From Balanoglossus misakiensis (lineage: Eukaryota; Animalia; Hemichordata), in assembly GCA_040954595.2 (NCBI GenBank), contig CM082576.2:3012760-3076759 (forward strand): 64,000 nucleotides of DNA, read 5' to 3'. The notes under the pieces are model-generated. The model saw nothing but the letters and a program-made list of their open reading frames with translations, did no database searches and was not told where the DNA came from. Of the stretch, positions 53,301-64,000 are shown in pieces. A program made the position numbers and the translations under genes. Each line of letters opens with the position of its first letter. Position 1 is the stretch's first letter.

Positions 53301-56300
53301 CAGGTGTAACAAACAAAGTCCAAATACTACGCTACAAAATTTACTTGATGGAATAGTATAGTTATTTTTTTCAGGCCTAGCAAGAGTGGGGGGCCTGGGG
53401 GTAGCACAAAACAGAACAACACGGAACAGGTTTTCTTAAGCTTGCAAAACAACTACTTTTAAAAGGTTTTAGTCATTACGAAAACATACATTGAGATTCT
53501 TTTGAAGATTCAAGGAAAACTGACCAAATGACTGTCTGTCCATTGAAGTGGAAAATTATGAAAAGAGCAGAGGCAAGTAAATGGTTGAAGCATTACCATC
53601 AGACTGAAGGAGTTTATGTACAATAATCGGTTGCACAGCTGGTCGTCGTTTTCTGACGCAACTTTCCTCCATATATTCAACTGCATCATCCTCTTCCCTG
53701 TCAAAATCATCTTCATCTTCATCATCAATATCTCTCTCTACATAAACCATCTCCTCTTCCTCCTCCTCCTCCTCCTCCTCCTTGTCGTCATCAATCTCAT
53801 CACCCACGCCTTCATCGTCTAGTGCCGGATCTAACTGCTGGTTGATGCCAACTTCGACTCTCATAGGAATATGTTGCCTCCTCCGTCTTGGGCGTACTTT
53901 CTTTTTCGGTTTAGGGGGATCGACACCATCTAAAGTTACAATGAATTTCGGACTCACTGGCCTTGGTCTCTCTCTGCCAGTATAAGGAAATAATCATATC
54001 AAGCATTCACTTTTGCAGTCAATGAAGTGAAGTAAAACTTCCATGTGCATATGTGGATAGCACTATGTTTTTTCACAAAAGCACAATTTCTGTGTGGCAT
54101 AAAGTCTTCAAAAAGGACTCAAAACAGGAGACAGACAGAGTGACAGTCTTTCTTGCCATACAACGACGAGCATGTCTACATCAGAAAAACCTCATCAAAA
54201 TCTGCCATAACATATCGTGAAACTTGAAAGGGAGTGGACCAGCAAATGGAAAATGCCATCAAAAAGATTCAAAAGAAATAATTTTTGCAAAGGGTATTTT
54301 AGTTACTTGAAACTCACATGTAAGTATGTTGAACAAGTCGCTGGTGTGGTGCCATCTTTTGGCTGACAACTTGGACACTTGGTTCATTTTTCATCACAGC
54401 TGTCTCCACTGGGGTCATGACCTCTTCTATTTGCTGAAGATCCATATTCTGAAAGACTCTCTGATCACCAAGATGTCTCCCTCTCTGTTGGATTTCCAGT
54501 ATCCTGGTTGGCGGTTTGCTTTCTGTGGTGACCCTTTTAATTTCGGCCCTTCGTGGAATTTGCGAAACCACCGGCGATTCTACTGACGCTCTTCTAGCTA
54601 CAGAGGGAGTTGTATCTGGAAATTGAAGTGCACACAACAATGTATGTATATGCCGTAGCACATTGCCCTTGAGCCAAGTAGAATTGAAATTGGTTCGGGC
54701 ATATATTTGACTACACCACCTGCACATGAAAACTTCATTTTAACAAAATGCCACTCTAGCAAATATACATCATTTATGACATGGTACATGCCCCTGTGCC
54801 AAAATTAAACAAAATTAGTTCTAACGCTGCTCACAGCAGACTGTGATACATGACTTTGACATCTACTGCTATCACTTCTACTTCAACTTCAGCCAGATGT
54901 TATGTCAGGCTTGTCAGCTAACAGAAGTTTGTAAAAGTCACACCTACCTTCTGGTTCCAGAACAATATACTCCACACGTTTCCCAGTACCAAAAATTTCA
55001 ACCTCCTCTTCTTCTTCCTCCTCCTCCTCCTCTTGCTCCACCTCCTGCACTTCAAACTGACCCTCATTTGTTTCTTCCTTGCCTTCACTCTCTTGGTCTC
55101 CTTCATCTTCCTCCTCCTCTACATCCTCCTCCACATCCTCCATGCCGACCTCATCATCCAACACCGTCGGCACAAACTGTCGACCCAAGACGGTGGTCGG
55201 CAGTCTCCGCTGTCTCTGCTGGGTTGGCACCACGGTTGCCTTCCGCCCTGCCACGCCCCTCGTCGTCAAGGTAGCGGTGGAGGCACTTGTGATGACGGTG
55301 TGCGACGGTTCCACCCTACTGACGACCTGAACAAGCTTACCAGACACTGGCCTCTGGCTCAGAGTGTCCTGGGTGTCGCGTACAGTTTTGAGAAGCAACG
55401 CCCTGTTGCTTTGCTGAAGCTGTTGGATTCTGAGAGAAAAATTACAAAAATGGAATTTCATAAGAACCGGGGTATAAATTACTTGGTGTGGGTTCCACAC
55501 TGTTTGGAGGAGAAAAACAATACATTTACATCTGCTCACTTACCTGGGTCTGACAGACACTCTAGAAACTGAATTGGCCGCTTCATTCATAGCCTTTAAA
55601 ACTAATGCCCTGCTTGCTTGCTTCGCTGGTGGTAGACTTGACCTGTAAGTACCAGAGTCATATTATTAATAAGGGAACCATATTGTGCAAAACTTTGCAT
55701 GGTACGAAGATTCAGGTTTGAGAATTCCTTGAATGTACCAGTGGTTAACTCACCGTCGCTCCGATATCCTGACCACGCTTGCAACACCTCCCATCCTTCC
55801 CCTCAAATTTCCTTGGTCGTCATCTTCATCGTCATCGTGGGAGAGCACTTGCCCAATCACGGAGCCTGGCGACTTTCTCTTCCTTGCCACTGGCTGTACC
55901 TGTAAAGAAGGAAGGAATGGTTGACTCCATTAAAATAATGCTTCTGTCTTTGACAAAGCGTTCTGCATGTATATTGCAGAATTTTCAGCTGGGAGAAATG
56001 CCATTAGCATTTTGAAGTTTCCAAGTTTCAAAACGGTGGCTCATATCTTACACACACACAGTAGCATGCATGCAGACATGTGCATGTGCACACACACAAA
56101 CCACAGCTAAAAGGGATGAAGACAGCATCTGCATTTGTTTATTTTGTGTCACTATTGTGGCATAAGGGTAAACACTTTTTCAAATGGCTTAGACACTGCC
56201 TTACCTTGCTGACCGTTTTCCCTTTTGATGGTGAAGTCACTCTAGAGCTGATCACAGATATGCTTTGGGGCCTGGGCTTACTGGGAGTGACAGTTGCTTG

Positions 56301-57988
56301 CCTGACTGGTGCTTTCCTCACAGGTGCAACAATGTCCCCTACCAACACTTCACTTCTCAGTTCCTCATCAATGGGATCGTGGGTCTCTGGTTTCAGAGAT
56401 ATGATGGCCTCCTCGGGTTCCGGTGACGCAGCAGGGGAGGGTAGCGAGAGGATGCTCTGTTGCTGTGCACTCACTGGGGCGGCGTCTTGCACTGCTGTGG
56501 CCGTTGTCTTTGTTTTCGGTACTCGTTGACTCTGAGTGTCAACGGCCGAGTGTGTGGGCATCGTGTCTGTTGAATGACTCTGCCTCGACTGTGCCGCTTG
56601 CAGCGTCTTTGCGTCTGCTGTCGCATGCCTCAGCCAAGTATCCACCCCTGTTTGTTGAGACTGTGAGTGTGGGGCCGCTTGCAGGGACCTTGTTTTGGAC
56701 GCAGCTTGGCTAGAAGTCTTTTGGGCAGCTGAGGAATGCATCTCCCCAGTGTTGGCTGGTGGCACTGTTTGTAGTGCAGCAGATTCCAGAGTTGCTGACT
56801 GAAGTTTCTGAAGCACACTGTGCAACCTTTTTTGAGGAAAAAAGCATGGGATACAGTACGAAATTTTAATGTAAAGTAAACATTTCCTGGGACCCTTTTT
56901 CAATTTTTTATCAAACCAAAAGATATACCATTTCTGTCACTGCAATTTTGTCACACATAAGGTCACACAAGGGTCACGGTAGTGGCTAATTTTTGACGTG
57001 ACCATTTCAAAGCAGTACCTGAATGCTTGAAGGGTAGTGATTTGACCAAATAACTCAAAAATACAGAAAGCATTACCATTTCGTAAATTTGTCTGTATTG
57101 CTTCCCAGAAACAAAGACAGATCATCAGCCATCTGCTCTTGTGACTTCTTGTTTGCTATCATCACCATGATGTAGTCGGGTAACTCATCGTCTACAGGCA
57201 AAAGTGGATGAAAAATAAACTTTCATTACTGTTGTTTTAAAATGTATGATGACAATTATTTGATGCATGCCAGATAAGCTTATGGGCCACACAAACATTA
57301 TTCAAGCCAGTTATTGCTGACGGAAAATAACAGGTGATGTTAGACTCTGGTAAATTGCTCAACAAATTTCGGAATATACACTTACCAACATAGGCTCCCA
57401 AGTCCACCAGTTTGGTCTTGATTGCTGCCTGAAATATAACCACACCAATAATATTAAAGTATTACTGCCATATGTTTCAACACACTTATACACTTTTCAT
57501 TAATGCGCATAACCTTCTCTGAGTGCACACAACTATTTTGTCAGACAGTATGGTCAGAATTGTCTCCATATGGGGGGGGGGGTGTGCTCCTGATCGCAGT
57601 AACCAATTTGTCTCCCGATTGGGATGGGGTAGGGATGGGTCCTCAAGATCATGATCAAGGGAATGGCCCAGAGCTGCAGAGTTTGAACATGCCTTGCTGT
57701 GAGTGGATGTTATTTGTCTGTGTGATCAAACTACATGTACTGGAACATTAACGCAGACAATGAATACATCACTCACAATCGTCTGTACACAGTGTGTGGG
57801 GGTACTGTTTGGACACGGAGCTCCCTCTGCACAATCTACATCAATGGAGCCCAGGCTACTCGATTGTGTGTGTAAGAATATCCTGTTCCTTTGCTGCGTA
57901 ATAATTGAACAGGGTACTATCAACATATGTTACGTGTGTAGACTGTACTTACTCGTATTTTCTGACTGATTTCAGCCCCGATTTCCAT
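50376..57988 (-). CDS. ZC3H14: Zinc finger CCCH domain-containing protein 14 (Nab2 orthologue, nuclear poly(A)-binding); 14 exons, about 911 aa
   Basis: Exons 57988-57953, 57428-57386, 57191-57077, 56826-56205, 55899-55754, 55642-55544, 55429-54948, 54615-54318, 53973-53597, 53238-53112, 52826-52672, 52208-52087, 51680-51580, 50388-50376. Phases join into one open frame. N-terminal MEIGAEISQKIRAAIKTKLVDLGAYVDDELPDYIMVMIANKKSQEQMADDLSLFLG is the PWI-like domain. Also SPKFIVTLDG and five C-terminal CCCH fingers starting ERCKFWPTCKSGDQCQYHHP. The last 13-nt exon is the least certain. Confidence 0.93.
53014..53091. mobile_element. piggyBac-type MITE (78 bp) in a ZC3H14 intron
   Basis: TTAA|CCCTTTCACCCCCAGT ... 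ACTGGTGGTGAAAGGG|TTCA: 15/16 terminal inverted repeat, CCC/GGG ends, TTAA on the left and a one-mismatch TTCA on the right. Confidence 0.7.
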
Positions 57989-58219
57989 TTTGACGGCAAG
58001 AAAGTATCCTGAGTTTGGCTGAGAATGACCCGCACCAGGGTTGCAGCTGCACTTTGTTTGTTTGTTCGACTTTCATTTCCTTTTAGTGTGCCAACAACGT
58101 CCACCTTTCGAGATTCTTTCGTGCATGTAATTCAGTGCAGTGCAGTACTGCGTGTGTCACTTACCGTCGGGTTGTGGTGACGGTCACAGCTCGTTTCAGT
58201 ACCGTTCATTGTAGCAAAG
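57989..58219. promoter_or_regulatory. Bidirectional promoter region shared by ZC3H14 and KMO
   Basis: Only 231 bp separate the two divergent start codons (57988 minus, 58220 plus). Confidence 0.75.

Positions 58220-64000
<5,781 letters not shown>

Noticed and set aside
55482-55500. Possible ZC3H14 micro-exon
   Set aside because: Its donor phase does not fit the next exon, while the flanking exons join in frame without it.

Overview
Animal (invertebrate-like, intron-rich) genomic DNA. No prokaryotic features or CRISPR arrays were seen. Six protein-coding genes were rebuilt by hand from GT-AG splice sites with consistent phases. (1) CSKMT/METTL12, minus strand, 2 exons. (2) A small secreted protein made almost entirely of the HRC-type 14-Cys domain, minus strand, 5 exons. 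(3) A CES-2/Giant-type bZIP factor, plus strand, single coding exon, flanked by about 13 kb and 22 kb without recognisable genes. (4) A ciliary (c-) opsin, minus strand, 5 exons. (5) ZC3H14/Nab2, minus strand, 14 exons. (6) Kynurenine 3-monooxygenase (KMO/cinnabar), plus strand, head-to-head with ZC3H14 and running off the window end. The most striking hidden element is a 1.3-kb internally deleted Kolobok-type DNA transposon in KMO intron 1. It has a TTAA duplication, terminal inverted repeats, a THAP remnant on one strand, a KolX/P2X7-ballast-like remnant on the other, and mirrored CRE motifs. Other leads are a possible photoreceptor/pigment/clock neighbourhood (bZIP, c-opsin, KMO), an RFX X-box plus E-box upstream of the opsin, and a structured candidate ncRNA in the CSKMT intron. 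All family calls come from remembered motifs, not database searches. The species cannot be determined from this window.
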